NCBI GenBank assembly: GCA_026770705.1
Contig: JANJGN010000011.1
Span: forward strand, 73,656,001-73,720,000
Source of the DNA: Isurus oxyrinchus
Lineage: Eukaryota
Direction: 5' to 3'
DNA: 64,000 nt
In this document: in pieces, positions 38,111 to 51,635 of the stretch
Layout: each line of letters begins with the position of its first letter
Numbering within the stretch: position 1 is the stretch's first letter
Translations under genes and position numbers: made by a program
The notes under the pieces: generated by a model
Seen by the model: the letters and a program-made list of their open reading frames with translations, nothing else
Database searches by the model: none
What the model was told of the DNA's origin: nothing

Positions 38111-39072
38111 ATTGAAAATAGCAGCACTGATATCAAATCAGCAATACCCACTGACAGGGTATTGACATGATCTGCCTGCTCTCCATAATTCCAATGCATG
38201 CTCCTGACACCTTCATCAAGGTGGTGCCCGGCACAAGCTATGTTGGAAGTGTGTGTGTGTGCAGTGCGGACACTATCTTGGAGGCACAACGGCTCTTGTA
38301 GCACTGGAACTATGGGTGCTACATTGCCAAATTTTCCATTTCAAATGTTTTGGATGTTACTGGATAAAATTAGCAACTCCCTGGCATTTGTTGGAATCTA
38401 ATGAAAGGAACTGTAATTAACCATCTGCTTTGACTGTGATATTATTTCTTGGCAATTCTTTTGATTATTTCACTGCTGTCAGCTCAATAGCTCATCGCTC
38501 AAAATCTCACACTCAGGCTTTGTTAACTAAGCTTTACAGTGTGCCTTACACTAATTCTTTATCTATCATCAGGAATGGTATTTGTTCCTTGCTTTATGTC
38601 TACGATGTTTTTATTGGATAATTCAATAATTGAAAGAACAAGAAACAGACTATTGAATAATCTGGAACAGAATACTGTTTATACAAGGCTGTCTAATGTT
38701 TTGAGTGTTAAATAGTCAGCTGTGGAGGCTATTTTCCCCAGAGGAAATGAGCCATTGCTCTTTGAACAGATGAGAGCTGTAGTTAAGGTGCCTGCAGTGC
38801 CAACCTCTCCAGGGCTGATGCCTTAACATGTGGGAGGCTAAATAACAGAAACAGTGTGCACTTATTTTAAAAAAGCTTTTTTAACAAATGCAATTGTAAG
38901 TAAAAGCAGAATAAGTAAAGTAAATGGAATCCAAGATTTTAGAAACAGAAAAAGAAAACAAACCCCAATAACCTTATCTCAATCCTTGCACCACCCCAAA
39001 CCCTCCTCCACGGACATTGTGATGGCACAGTCCTCAATCCTTTCTCTCTCTCCAGGAACACATCTAGCTGCC

Positions 39073-39172
39073 TTCTGAAGAAGAGTCGTATTGCACTTGA
39101 AATGTTAACTCTATTTCTCTCTCCACAGATGCTGCCAGACCTGCTGAATTTTGAGAATTTTCTGTTTTTATT
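39073..39172 (+). mobile_element. Penelope tail fragment with a degenerate hammerhead
   Basis: TT-CTGAAGA-AGAGTCGTATTGCACTT-GAAATGTT-AAC followed by cacagatgctgccagacctgctga, the reverse complement of 11250-11345. Confidence 0.7.
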
Positions 39173-40097
39173 AAAGTCGCCTTGTTCACTGCAATGGCTT
39201 GACCTGGAAATATTTTCTATAAAGTTGTTACTATTTGCAGAAGTTCTGTATGACATTCCTGTGTACTCCTAATATCCTAAATTTCAGCTAAGGTTTCCTG
39301 GTTTTTGAACTTTGGCATGAACTGATGTTCTTCAAACTGATTCATTTTGAAAATTATGGTCACCTCAAGTTTCTTTTCCAAAGCAAAGAAACCAAACTCT
39401 TTGAAGAACAAATTCCAGATGCATGGATTAACTTTTAACCCTGGTCTCTGGACTCTCTCAATGATACTGAATTGTCCTTTAACATTTTACGTTTCCCCAA
39501 GTGTTCATCCATTAGATTGCTAAAAACCATTCCAAAGATTTGCCCCACAAATTATGTTAGAATTTATAGGCAACACCATTTCTAAATGGATAGCTTGACA
39601 TTTGAACATAATTTTCATTAAACCCTGTTTACCTAGGTCATCACTTGAGTTTTCTAATCTGATGTTAACTTTTTTTTTAGTTTGTTTTCTACCCTTGAAG
39701 AGTGACTGTATTGAGATAGGACTAGTTTTTGACTATAGGATGGCTGACTGTTAAAGTCAATCGGCCTCATTACTGTACTCCTACAAGCTCTGGGTGGAAA
39801 ACAGGGCCCTGGGGAAGCCCACTGGCTCTGGGCCTGCATGATACTGGTCTGTCTTGAAACTGGATCAGTCGAGAAAGGGATAAGTTGGATTTGAGGGACA
39901 CGGTCCAGCAGCAGCACAGGTTATTTATGGTGCAGCTAAGGGGAACATATACATAAACACCAAATATAATTTTAGCACAGAATTGCATATCTTCTGTCCA
40001 CTTTTGCCCTAAAATGAAAATTGGAATCCTATACTCATCATTTGCACCCAACTGAAATTTCTTGGGTATTTTGGTTGCCCAGTGGGAAGCCACTTTG

Positions 40098-42000
40098 AGG
40101 ATGTAGAAACAGTTTGGGTAGAGTTGAGAAATAACAAAGATAAGAAGTCACTTATGGGAGTCACGTATAGGCCCCCTAACAGCAACTAAACAGAAGGACA
40201 GGGTATACAGGAAAAAATAATGGGGACTTGTAAGAAAGGCATGGCAATAATCATGGGTGATTTTAATCTGCACATGGGTTGGACGAATCAGATTGGCAAA
40301 GGTAGCCTGGAAGATGAGTCATAGAGTGTTTTCGGGAAAATTTCTTAGAGGAACATATTCCAGGGGCAACCAGAGAGTAGGCTATTCTAGACTCGGTAGT
40401 ATGCAATGAGGCAAGTTTAATTAATGACGTTATAGTAAAGGAGCTTCCAGGTAAAAGTGATCATAACATGTTTGAATTTCACATTCAGTTTGTGGGAGAG
40501 AAATGTGAGAAGTCTGGGTCTAAAAAAAGCGACTTGAACTTAAATAAAGACAATTACAAAGGTATGAGAACAGAGTTAGCTAAAGTGAACTGGGAAAAAT
40601 GGTTAAAAGATAGGACAGTAGAGAAACAGTGGCAGGCATTTAAGGAGATATTCCTTAGCTCTCAGTCAATATATATTCGAGAGAGAAAGAAACACTCTAG
40701 TGCCAGAATTTTTTAGATGACAGGGTTTCCCTTCCTGTCACCTGAGGAGTCAGCGGCAAATGAATCAGCTGGCAGAAAGTCCCACCTCAGAGTTGCTGGC
40801 CAATCTGTTTGGCTGGCAGCTCTTTAGTCCCAGCAGCACCAGCAGCTGCAGTTGACAGGACTGGCGCAAGCAGTCTCAGAGTCTAAGTCCAGGGGCTTTT
40901 CGGCCAGGAAGGGAAGATGAAACCGGGTTGTGGGCAGAGGAGGGATGGGGAAGTTGGAGGAGAGGCCAGGATGGGAGGGAGCAGCTGCAGGGGCCAGACC
41001 TTTTGACGGGGGTTGAGGACGGGGATTGAAAGGAAGCTGTTGATGGAGGTACCCCACTCCTCTTCCTGCCTGAGCCCTGAGCATGGTCATTTTTCAGGTT
41101 TCCCCCCTGCCCCTGAACTCCTCCCGCCAGCCTGAAAATTGAGGCCGAGTGGGAAACAGCCCTTAAGTAGTCATTAACTGGCCACTTAAGGGCCTCAACT
41201 GGGGCAAGAGCTGGGTGCCGGCCTACCCAGAAGGAGAAAACAATTCGGATCAGTACTCTTATTTCACAGTTTTTACTGTTTTTTTGTTCTGGGAAGGCTT
41301 CGCCTGTCCCAACATAAAATGGCGGAGAGGTTAGGGAGGATGAGAGCCCAGTGGGAAAAATTCTATGGCCAACCCTGCCGGTAAACCTACTGGCTGGGGA
41401 ATGTAGAATTCTGCCCTAGGAGAAGTACGCATCATCTGTGGCTAACTAAAGAAGTTAAACATAGCATCAAATTGAAAGAAAAAAAAGCATACATCACTGC
41501 AAATATTAATGACAGGTCAGAAGGTTGGACAGACTTTAGAAATCAACAAAAAATGACAGAAAAATGAGGGAGAAATTAGAGGGAGAAAGCGAACTAGAAA
41601 TAGAAAAACAGATAGTTCCTATAAATATTTAAAAAGAAAAAGAGCAACTAAAATGAGTGTTGGTCCTTTAGACAATGAGACTGGAGAATTAATAATGGGA
41701 AAAAAGGAAATGGAAGAAGCTTTGAACAGGTATTTTGCATCTATCTTCACTGTACAAGACACAAAAACCATCCCAAGAATACTTGAAAATCAAGAGGTAA
41801 AAGGGAGGGTGGTATTTAAAACAATCACAATCCACAGGGAGATGGTATTAGGAAAACTATTAAAACTAAAGGCTGACAAGTTCCCTGGACTTGATGACTT
41901 TCATCCTCGGGTCTTAAAAGTAGTAGCTGTAGAGATAATAGATGCATTGATTGTGATCTTCCAAAGTTCCCAAGATTCTGGAAAGGTCCCAGCGGATTGG
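40098..42000 (+). mobile_element. CR1 ORF2 (endonuclease to start of RT), split by a DNA transposon at 40701-41416
   Basis: Contains VWVELRN..YRPPN..IIMGDFN..SDHNM, then SVGPLDNETGELI..FASIFT..PGLDDFHPRVLK. Confidence 0.88.
40701..41416. mobile_element. Harbinger-like non-autonomous element with a 3-bp TSD
   Basis: TIRs tgccagaatt / aattctgccc with TAG duplicated at 40698-40700 and 41417-41419. The CR1 host is continuous across the site. Confidence 0.75.
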
Positions 42001-42060
42001 ATCTTTAAAAGTGTGGAGTATGGGGTTCCACATTTGGATTAAAATCAGGTAACTAGACAT

Positions 42061-42806
42061 GAGTCTGAATTTCTTGGATGCCAGGGTCTCCCTTCCTGCT
42101 ATCTGAGGAGTCAGCAGGGAACACATCCCCATCGACTCCAAGTGCCATGCTGCCATTTCACACTCAAATGAAATTGGTTGCTGGCGGGATTTCCACTGCT
42201 CACTCGGGAGGAAACCCCGCCTTAGAGAGCTACTGGCCAATCTAATTGGCCCCCAGCTCCCCAGTCCCTGCAGCGACAAGAGCTGCAATGGATTGAAGAG
42301 GGAGTGCATCAACATGCTTGAGCCGAAGTCCCGGGAGCAGATGGCAAGGTAAGTTTAAGGTGCCCCAGGGCAGAGAGGGTAGGAAAGGCCATGGGTGTGC
42401 ACAAGGGGTGACTGGGGTGTTGCAGGAGAGGCCAGGGATGGAGGGAGGGAGGGAGGTCCAGTGGCTACTAGACCTAAGTGAGGGAGGGGTGTCACACACA
42501 GTCAGAAAGGGACTTCTGATGAAGCCCCCCTCATCCCCTTTCCACCCGAGATCTAAGTCCGTTCTTTTTCAGTCCTCCCCACACCATGTAAGCCCTCTCA
42601 CTAGCCTAAAAATTAAGGCAGTAAGTGGCCAATTAAGGACCCCAATTGGAACAAGAGTAGGCTTCGTGTCTGAGGCCTGCCCAACCCAGCATAAAATCAC
42701 TTCAATGTTGGGGTGGGTGCGAACCTAAAGGGAATCCTGTTCATTCAATTTCACGCTCACCTCCCTGACCTAAAAACCAGCTTGTAGAGCGCATGAAATT
42801 CAGGCT
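42061..42806. mobile_element. Harbinger-like element related to 40701-41416
   Basis: Shares cagggt.tcccttcctg..a.ctgaggagtcagc and gctggccaatct motifs. Termini gagtctgaattt / aaattcaggc. Confidence 0.65.
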
Positions 42807-43267
42807 ATAGGCTAGAACTGAACATACTGTGCAATTCATTTCTTCGTTGCCTGATTTGGACTTGCCTCATTAAGAATAACTACTTTTTATAACAACATGA
42901 CTTGCAGTGCTCAAATCAATTCCAAAATTTATTAGCCAATGTCAATCAGTTTCTTAGGAGTGCACAACATTTCATGTATCATACAATCACATTTATATAT
43001 GTACATAGATTCACAAAATTCTCTCTTTCAAAGTGTTCTTGTTCATCACAGAATTCTTTAGCTCACACAAAGCAGAGACCAATATTACGGCAGGATATTT
43101 TTCACAGGTCACAATATCACAACACTGTAATCAGTAGCCAAGTGGAACAGTCATAGCTACTAATTATAATGCTCACTCTTAATGATTTTAACACAAAAAT
43201 GTAATCAATCATTGGATGAGTAGGAATCCTTCCATGCATTTCATTTATTCCACAAGCCTACCTTCTA

Positions 43268-46200
43268 AAAGTACTAGGCAGTTAGTGCAGGAGTCGCCTG
43301 CATCCATCTCCCTCTCCAACAGATTTTCCGTTTTGGATTCTGTTAGGGGATGCAGCAAGAGCCAGGTCGGTGGCACCACGAGTGGCTTAGATGTGGGGGA
43401 GTGAAGAATGGGATAGTAATAGTGATAGGGGATTCTATTGTAAGGGGAACAGATAGATATTTCTGTGGCTGCAAATGTGACACAAGGATGGCTGAATGGG
43501 ATGTTGCCTCCCTGGTGCCAGGGTCAAGGATGTCACTGAGTGGCTGCAGGACATTCTGAAGGGGGAGTGTGAACTGCCAGAGGCTGTGGTCCATATCAGT
43601 ATTAACAACATAGATAAAAAGAGGGATGAGATCCTGAAAGCAGAATATAGGGAGCTAAGAAATAAATTTAAAAGCAAGACCTCAAAGGTAATAATCTCAG
43701 GTTCACTTCCAGTGCCACGTGCTAGCGAGATCAGGGATAGAAGAATAGACCAGATGAATGCGTGGTTGGAGAGATGCTGCAGGAGGGAGGGATTTAGATT
43801 CCTGAGGCATTGGGACTGATTCTGGGGAAGATGGGACCTGTATAAGCTGGACGGCTTGCACCCCAGCAGGACTGGGACCAATATCCTCACAGGGGTATTT
43901 TCTAGTACTGTGAGGGTTGGTTCAAACTAGAGTGGCAGGGGAATGGGAACCTGAGCAAGGAGACATGAGAAAGGGAAACAAAGATAGGAATGAAAGACAG
44001 AAAAGTGGAAAACAAAAGTGGAAGGCAGAGGAAACAAGAGCTAGCAGCAAACAGGGCCACAGTACAAAGAAAACTTGTAAAAATATTAAAAAGACATGTC
44101 TAAAGGCACTGTCTGACAGCATCTGTGGAGAGAAAGATAAGGTTAATGTTTCGAGCTCTGAGTCATATGGACTCAAAACGTTAACTCTGTCCTTCTCTCA
44201 TAAATGCTGTCAGGCTTGCTGAGTTTTTCCAGCGATTTTTTGTCATTTCCAGCATCCGCAGTATTTTGCCTTTACCTAAAGGCATTGTATTTGAATGCAC
44301 TGAGCATTTGCAATAAGGTAGACGAATTAATAGTGCAAATTATTGTAAACGAGTGCGTTATGATTGTGATTAAGGCGACATAGCTGCAGGGTAACCAAGG
44401 CTGGGAACTGAATATCCAAGTGTACTCGATATTTAGGGCGGACAGGCAAAAAGGAAATGGAGGTGGCATGGTGTTGTCAGTTAAGGATGAAATCAGTGCA
44501 ATAGTGAGAGAGGATGTTGGCTCAGAAAATCTAGATATAGAATCAGTCTGGGTGGAGCTAAGAAGCAAAAAGGGGCAGAAAACATTAGTGGGAGTGGTCT
44601 ATAGACCTCCAAACAGTAGTGCTAAGGTAGGGGATGGCATAAAACAGGAAATTAGAGATGCATATTACAAGGGTGCTACAGTAATCATGGGTGACTTTAA
44701 TCTACATATAGACTGGGCAAACCAAATTAGCAATAATACAATGGCAGATGGAATTCTTTTAGTGTATATGAGCTGGTTTTTTTAGACCAGTATGTTGTGG
44801 AACTATCTAGGGAACAGGCTATCCTAGGTTTGGTATTGTGCAACGAGAAGGGTTTAATTAACAATCTTGTTGTGCGGGGTCCTTTAAGAAACAGTGACCA
44901 TAACATGATAGAATTCTTCATTAGGATGGAAAGTGAAGTAGCCCAATCTGAAACTAGGTTCCTAAATCTTAACAATATGAAGGTATGAGGCGTGAGTTGG
45001 CTAAGACAGCTTGGAGCACTTCATTAAAGGCATTAAAGCCATCCATAAAGGTGGATGGACAATGACTAATGTATGCACTGCAACAGTTATATATTCCTTC
45101 TGGCACAAAAACACAACAGGCCCAACAATGGCTAACAAAAGAAATTAAGGATACTATTAGATCAAAAGAGGAGTCACATAAAGTTGGTGGAAAAAGTCAC
45201 AAGCCTGAGGATTGGGAGGAGATTAGAATTCAGCAAAGGAGGGCCAAGAGATTGATTTAGAGGGAAAAATAGAGTATGAGTGTAAACTTGCAGGGAAGAT
45301 AAAAGCGGACTATAAAAGCTTCTATAAGTATGTAAAAAGAAACTGATTAGTGAAGACAAATGTAGGTCCCTTACAGTCTGAAACAGAGAATTTATAATAG
45401 AGAACAAGGAAATGCCACAGCAATTAAAGACCTACTTTAGTTATGTCTTCACAGAGAAAGACACAAATAACTTCCCAGAAATACTAGGGAAACAAAGGTC
45501 TAGTGAGGAGGAGGAATTGAAGAAAATTATTACTAAAACAATGGTGCTGGAGAAACTAACAGGACTGAGCCAATAAATCCCCAGGGCCTAATTATCTACA
45601 TCCCAGGGTACTAAAGGAAGTGGCCATGGAAATAGTGGATGCATTATTGTGATCTTCCAAAATTCTGTAGATTCTGGAACAGTCCAGGCAGATTGGAGAG
45701 TGGAAATTGTAACCCCACTATTTAAAAAAGGGAGGGAGAAAACAATGAATTGCAGACCAGTTAGCCTAACATCAGTAGTATGGAAAATGCTAAAGTCTGT
45801 TATAAAGGATGTGATAACAGGACATTTAGAACATATCAGTGGGATGAGACAAAGTCAACATGGATTTATGGAAGGGAAGTAATGTTTGACAAACCTACTG
45901 GGGTTTTTTTGAGGACGTAACTAGCAGATAGATAAGGGAGAACCAGTGGATGTGGTGTATTTGGATTTTCAGAAAGCCTTTGATAAAGCCCCACATAAGA
46001 GGTAAGTGTATAAAATTAAAGCACATGGGATTGGGGTAATATATTGGCATGGATTTAGAATTGGTTAGCAGACAAGAAACAGAGAGTAGGAATAAATGGG
46101 TCTTTTTTGGAGTGCTAGGCTGATGAAGTACCACAGTGTTCAGTGCTTGGGCCGCAGCTATTTACAATTTATATCAATGATTTGGCTGAGGGAACCAAAT

Positions 46201-47134
46201 ATAATATTTCCAAGTTTGCTGACGACATGAAACTTGGTGGAAATGTGAGTGATGAGGTCAGTGTTAAGAGGCTTCAAAGTGATTTAGACCAGTTGAGTGT
46301 GTGGGCAGATGCAGTATAGCATGGATAAGTGTGAAGTTATTCACTTTGGTAGGAAAAACTAGAATGACAGAGTATTATTTAAACGGCAATAGATTGGGAA
46401 ATGTTGATGTACAAAGGGATCTGGGTGTCCTTGTACACCAATCACTGAAAGCAAGCATGCAGGTGCAGCAAGCAGTTAAGAAGGCAAATGGTATGCTGGC
46501 CTTCAATGTGGGAGGACTTGAGTACAGGAGCAAGGATGTCTTACTGCAGCTGCACAGGGTCTTGGTGAGGCCACACCTGGAGTAGTGTGTGCAGCTTTGG
46601 TCTCCTTACCTAAGAAAGGATATACTTGCCATTGAGGGAATGCAGTGAAGGTTCACCAGACTGATTCCTGAGATGGCAGTATTGTCATATGAGAAATTGA
46701 GCCGACTAGGCCTGTATTCACTGGAGTTTAGAAGAAAGGAGGTCTCATTGAAACATATAAAATTCTGACAGGGATGGACAGACTGGATGCAGGGATGATA
46801 TTTTCTCTGGCTGGGGGGTCTAAACAAGGGGTCATCATTTCAGGATATGGGGCAGATCTTTTAGGACTGAGATGAGGAGAAACTTCTTCACTCAGAAGGT
46901 GGTGAACTTATTGAATTCTTGACTACAGAAGGCTGTAGAGACCAAATCACTGAATATATTTAAGAAGGAAATAGATAGATTTTGGGACTCTAAAGGCATC
47001 AAGGGGTACGGGGAGAGAGCGGGAGTGTGGCGTTGAGATAGAGGATCAGTCATGATCATATTGAATGGCAAAGCAGGCTCAAAGGGTTGAATGACCTACT
47101 CCTGCTCCTATTTTCAATGTTTCTATATTTCTAT
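43268..47134 (+). mobile_element. Near full-length degenerate CR1 LINE (ORF1 SGNH esterase plus ORF2 EN-RT)
   Basis: ORF1 reads ISLSNRFSVL..VIVIGDSIVRGTDR..CCLPGARVKDV..DGLHP. ORF2 contains YRPPN, GDFN, SDHN, LDFQKAFD and FADD. The 3' tail is (ttcta/tgt)n. Confidence 0.95.
44109..44275. mobile_element. Inverted pair of Penelope tail fragments inserted into the CR1
   Basis: A 9-bp TSD ctaaaggca (44100-44108 and 44276-44284). The first part is antisense and the second sense to the PLE tail. Confidence 0.75.
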
Positions 47135-47546
47135 AGTGAACACATTATTTTTCTCATGGAATAAATATGATACTTGGAGTAGATTATAATTGAGGAAGAT
47201 ATATTTTGTGGTGACTTTTATCTGATGTATTATTTTTCCATTCAGTGTTGCCAAATTCTCCAGTTGCTAGGAAATGGGCTGCTGTCAGGTACAGCCAATT
47301 CAACAAGGCTTGATAAATAATGGATTTTGAACCAAACCTGGACTTTCAGTACTCCACACTCCCAAAGATTTCATCAACATATGATACAGGAATAAACATT
47401 TGATATGCATAATTTTCATTCTTTTCATTTTTAAAAATTATATTTACTTTTCATAGATTGCTCCTAAAATGTGTGTGCAATATTTAAGGAAGTGAATAAA
47501 GAAATTCCAAACACAGGTACACAATTTATCTCCCCAAAATTGAATG

Positions 47547-48600
47547 GAACATAAATAGGAGCTGGACTAGGTCATTGACCTTTGAGTTTGTTCTGCCATT
47601 CACTAACACCATGGCTGATCATTGAATTTAAATCCATCTTCTTGCACTATCTCCATTATCTCTTCATTCCTTTAGTACCCAGGTTTATCCAACACTATCT
47701 TGAGTACACTCAATGACTGAGCATCCACAACTCTATGAGGTAGAGAATTCTAATGATTCACAACCTTTTCAGTGAAGATATTTCTTCATATGCCAGTCCT
47801 AACTACCTGACTCTTTATTCTGAGATTGGCCCTGTGTTCTAGATTACCCAGCATTTTCTCAGCATCTATCCCATCAAGCCCCTTAAGAATTTTATGTTTC
47901 CATTAGATCACCTCTCACTCTTCTAAACCCACAGAATATAGGCCTAGTCTACACATTCTCTCATCACAGGGCAATCCCTTCATCCCAGGAACCAGTCTAC
48001 TGAACTTTTATGCACTCCCTCTAGGGCAAGTATGTCCTTCCTTAGATAGCAAGGCCAAAAATGTACATAGTACTCTAGATGTGACCTCACCAATGCACTG
48101 TACAATTATAACAAGACTTGTTTATTCTTCTACTCTTGTCTAATCTCTTGGAAACAAAAGCCACCATATCATTTACCTTCCTACTTACTTGTTGTGCCTG
48201 CATGTGAACTTTCTGTGATTCATGTACAAGGACACCCAGATCTCTCTGTCACCATTCATAAAACATATGCTGCTTTTTAAATTTCACTACAAAGTGGATA
48301 ATTCCACACTTTGGCGCATTGTATTCCAACTGCCGTGTGCTGGCCAATTCACCCAACATCTGCAGCCTCTTTGCATCCTCCTCACCGCTTACTTTCCCAC
48401 CTAACTTTATATAGTCCGAATAACTGGATATGTTAGTCAGTCCCCTCTTCAAAGTCATTGATATATATTGTAAATAGGAAGCCCAACTAGTGGTGGCCCT
48501 GCTAACTCAAACTGTTCCATTTATTCCTACTGTTTTCTGTCCATTAACCAACCCTCAACCCATGCTAGTATATTACCACAATCCCATGAGTTCTAATAAC
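47547..48600 (-). mobile_element. Old CR1 3' portion
   Basis: Reads IKLGGKVSGEEDAKRLQ..QLEYNAPKCGIIHF, with a CR1 3' UTR near 47550-47720. Confidence 0.8.
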
Positions 48601-48754
48601 ATATACGACTGCAGTCCTTGGGCTACATTGTTGATTAAGGAGTAAAAATAACTGGCTTATTAATGTTTACTGCAGGATTTATATTCCAGGACTGCATCAA
48701 GAAATATCATCAATCCACTTAATAAATAGATATATATTTATTGAATATACATTG

Positions 48755-49265
48755 ACTATTCCAATCTCCTGCTGGCCAACCTCCCATCTTTCTCCCTCCA
48801 TAAACTAGAGCTCATCCAAATTGGTGCTTTCTATATTCTAACTCATACCAAGTCCCATTTACCTTCCTGCTCACTGATCAACATTGGCCCCTGGTTCAGC
48901 AATGCTTTGAATTTAAGTTCTCATCCTTGTGTTCCAACCCTTCCACAGCCTAGCTGCTCCCTATCTCTCTATTTTCCTCCAGACCCACTGAACTCCAAGA
49001 ACTCTGGATTCCTCCATTTCTAGCCTTTTGTGCATCCCTGATTAGTTTTCACCCCATTTATGGTTAGCTGCCTAGGACCAAACTTCTAAAATCCCCTCCC
49101 TAACCCTCTCCACCTGTCTACTTCTCTCTCCTCCTTAAAACCTAACTCTATGATCAAGCTTTTTGTCATCTTTCCCTATATCTGCTTATGTGAATTGGTG
49201 AATTTGGTAATGATCCTCTGAAGTTCTCTGTGATATTCTACTTCATTAAAGGTGGTACATAATGG
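48755..49265 (+). mobile_element. L2 LINE 3' end
   Basis: Translates SNLLLANLPSFSLHKLELIQ..TKS..QHWPLVQQCFEF..HSLAAPYL, the L2 LHWLP-region motif. Confidence 0.75.
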
Positions 49266-49269
49266 AAAT

Positions 49270-49375
49270 TGACTTGAAACATTAACTCTATTTTTTGCTT
49301 CACAGATGCTGCCAGACCTGCTGAGTTTTCTGTTTTTATTTTGAATTTCCAGCATTCACAGTATTTTGCTTTTAT
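49270..49375 (+). mobile_element. Penelope tail fragment
   Basis: gacttgaaacattaac..cacagatgctgccagacctgctgagttttc..ttccagcattcacagtattttgcttt. Confidence 0.7.
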
Positions 49376-49645
49376 ACAAATGCATGTCTTTGTTATTATT
49401 TGTATAATTGGGTAGTTTCTACAGCAATGGAAAAACATATAAGTATCTGCATTTCTAATGTCTCCATTCAGCTAGCTTTTTAGTTGCTGTCAGTACTTTC
49501 TCCAATGGCTAAGGATGATTCTCTTATGCCAACAACTGAAAAACAACTTGATGGCTTGGGGGGGATGGTGGGCATGAGGACTTCAGTTGGGAACCAAAAA
49601 TCATTGCTCTGAATATAAAACTGCTCGTGGTATTTTTGTAATCAG

Positions 49646-51635
49646 AGACATACAAGCATACAAACAAGGAGCAGGAATAGGCCATTCAGCCCCTGATGCC
49701 TGCTCCGCCATTTAATAAGATCGTGGCTGATCTGATAGTAACCAGAAAACTGCATCCCACCTACCCCAAATAATCTATTACCCCCTTGCTTACCAAGAAT
49801 CTATCCACCTCTGCCTTAAAAATATTCAAATACTCTGCTTCCACCACCTTTTCAGGAAGAGAGTTCCAAAAACTCACGATCCTCTGAGTGAAAAAAATTC
49901 TCCTCATCTTTGTTTTAAATGGATGATCCCTTATTTTTAAACAGTGGCCCCTAGTTCTAGATTCTCCCACAGGAGGAAACATCCTCTCCAATCCACCATG
50001 TCAAGGTCCCTCGGGATCTTATATGTTTCAATCAAGTTGCCTCTTATTCTTCTAAACTCCAGTGGATAGAAGCCTAGTCTGTCGAACATTTCCTCGTAAG
50101 ACACCCCCCCACCCCCCCCCCATTCCAGGTATTAGTCTGGTGAATCTTCTCTGAACTGCTTCCAACACATTTACATCCTTCCTTAAATAAGGTGACCAAT
50201 ACTGTGCACAGTACTCCATATGTGGTCTCACTAGTGCTCTGTACAACTGAAGCATAACCTCCCTACTTTTGTATTCAATTCCCCTCGCAATAAATGATAA
50301 CATTTTACTAGCTTTTCTAATTAATTGTTGTACTAGCATACTAGCCTTTTATGATTCATGCACAAGGACACCCAGATCCCTCTGCACCTCAGAGTTCTGC
50401 AATCTCTCACCATTCAGATAATATGCTTCTCCTCTATTCTTTCTGCCAAAATGGACAATTTCACATTTTCCCACATTATACTCCATTTGCCAGATCCCGC
50501 CCTTAACCTATCTGTATCTTTTTGCAGCCTCCTTACGTTCTCTTCACAACTTACTTTTCTATCTATCTTTGTGTCATCAGCAAATTTGGCAACCATCCCA
50601 TCTATCCCTTAATCCAAATCATTTATATAAATTATAAACAGTTGAGGTCCCAGCAATGATCCCTGTGGCACACCACTTGTTACATCTTGCCAACTCTCTG
50701 CTTCCTGTTAGCCAGCCAATCTTCTATCCATGCCAATACGTTACTCCCTATACCATAAGCTTTTATTCTCCACAATAACCTTTGATGTGGCACTTTATCA
50801 AATGCCTTCTGGAAATCTAGATACAGTGACTGGTTCCCCTTTATCCACAGCACATGTTACTTCCTCAAAGAACTCCAATAAGTTGGTTAAATATAATTTC
50901 CCTTTCTCAAAACCATGTTGACTCTGCTGATGACCTTGAGCTTATCCAAGTGCCCTGCTACAGTTCCTTTAATAATAGCTTCTAACATTTTCCCTACGAC
51001 AGATGTTAAGCTAACTGGCCTGTAGTTTCCTACTTTCTGTCTCCCTCCCTTTTTGAATAATGAAGTTGCATTTGCTATCTTCCAATCTAATGGGACCTTC
51101 TCCGAATCTAGGGCATTTTGGAAAATTAAAACCAATGCATCAACTACCTCACTAGACACTTCTTTTAAGACCCTAGGATGAAGTCCATCAGGACCCAGGC
51201 TCGTCAGCTCACAGCTCCAACAGTTTACTCAGTACGACTTCTTTGGTGACTGTGATTTTCCTGAGTTCCTCCCGCCCTTCTATTTCCTGTTTATAGCTGC
51301 TTCTGGGATGTTACTTGTATCCTCTATAGAGAAAACTAATGCAAAATACCTATTCAATTCACCTGCCATCTCCTTGTTTTCCATTATCACTTCTCCAGAC
51401 TCACTTGGGACCAACGCTCACTTTGTTAGCTCTTTTCTTTTTTAAATATTTATAAAAACTCGGTTTTTATATTTCTGGCTAGCTTTCTCTCATACTCTAA
51501 GTTTTACCCTCCTGATCAGTCTTTATATTCCTTACATTCTGTCCAATCTTTTGACCTGCCACATGTCTTTGCACAATTATGTCCTTTATCTTTAAGTTTG
51601 ATACTATCTTTAACTATTTTCGTTAACCACGGATG
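49646..51635 (-). mobile_element. CR1 LINE, 5'-truncated (~2 kb)
   Basis: Contains GNYRPVSLTSVVGKMLE, KFADDTKI, LVRPHMEYCAQYWSP and FFTQRIVSFWNSLP. Confidence 0.93.

Noticed and set aside
39654-40093. Pro/Ser-rich minus-strand ORFs as a possible GAB2 exon
   Set aside because: No GAB motifs and no good acceptor/donor pair.
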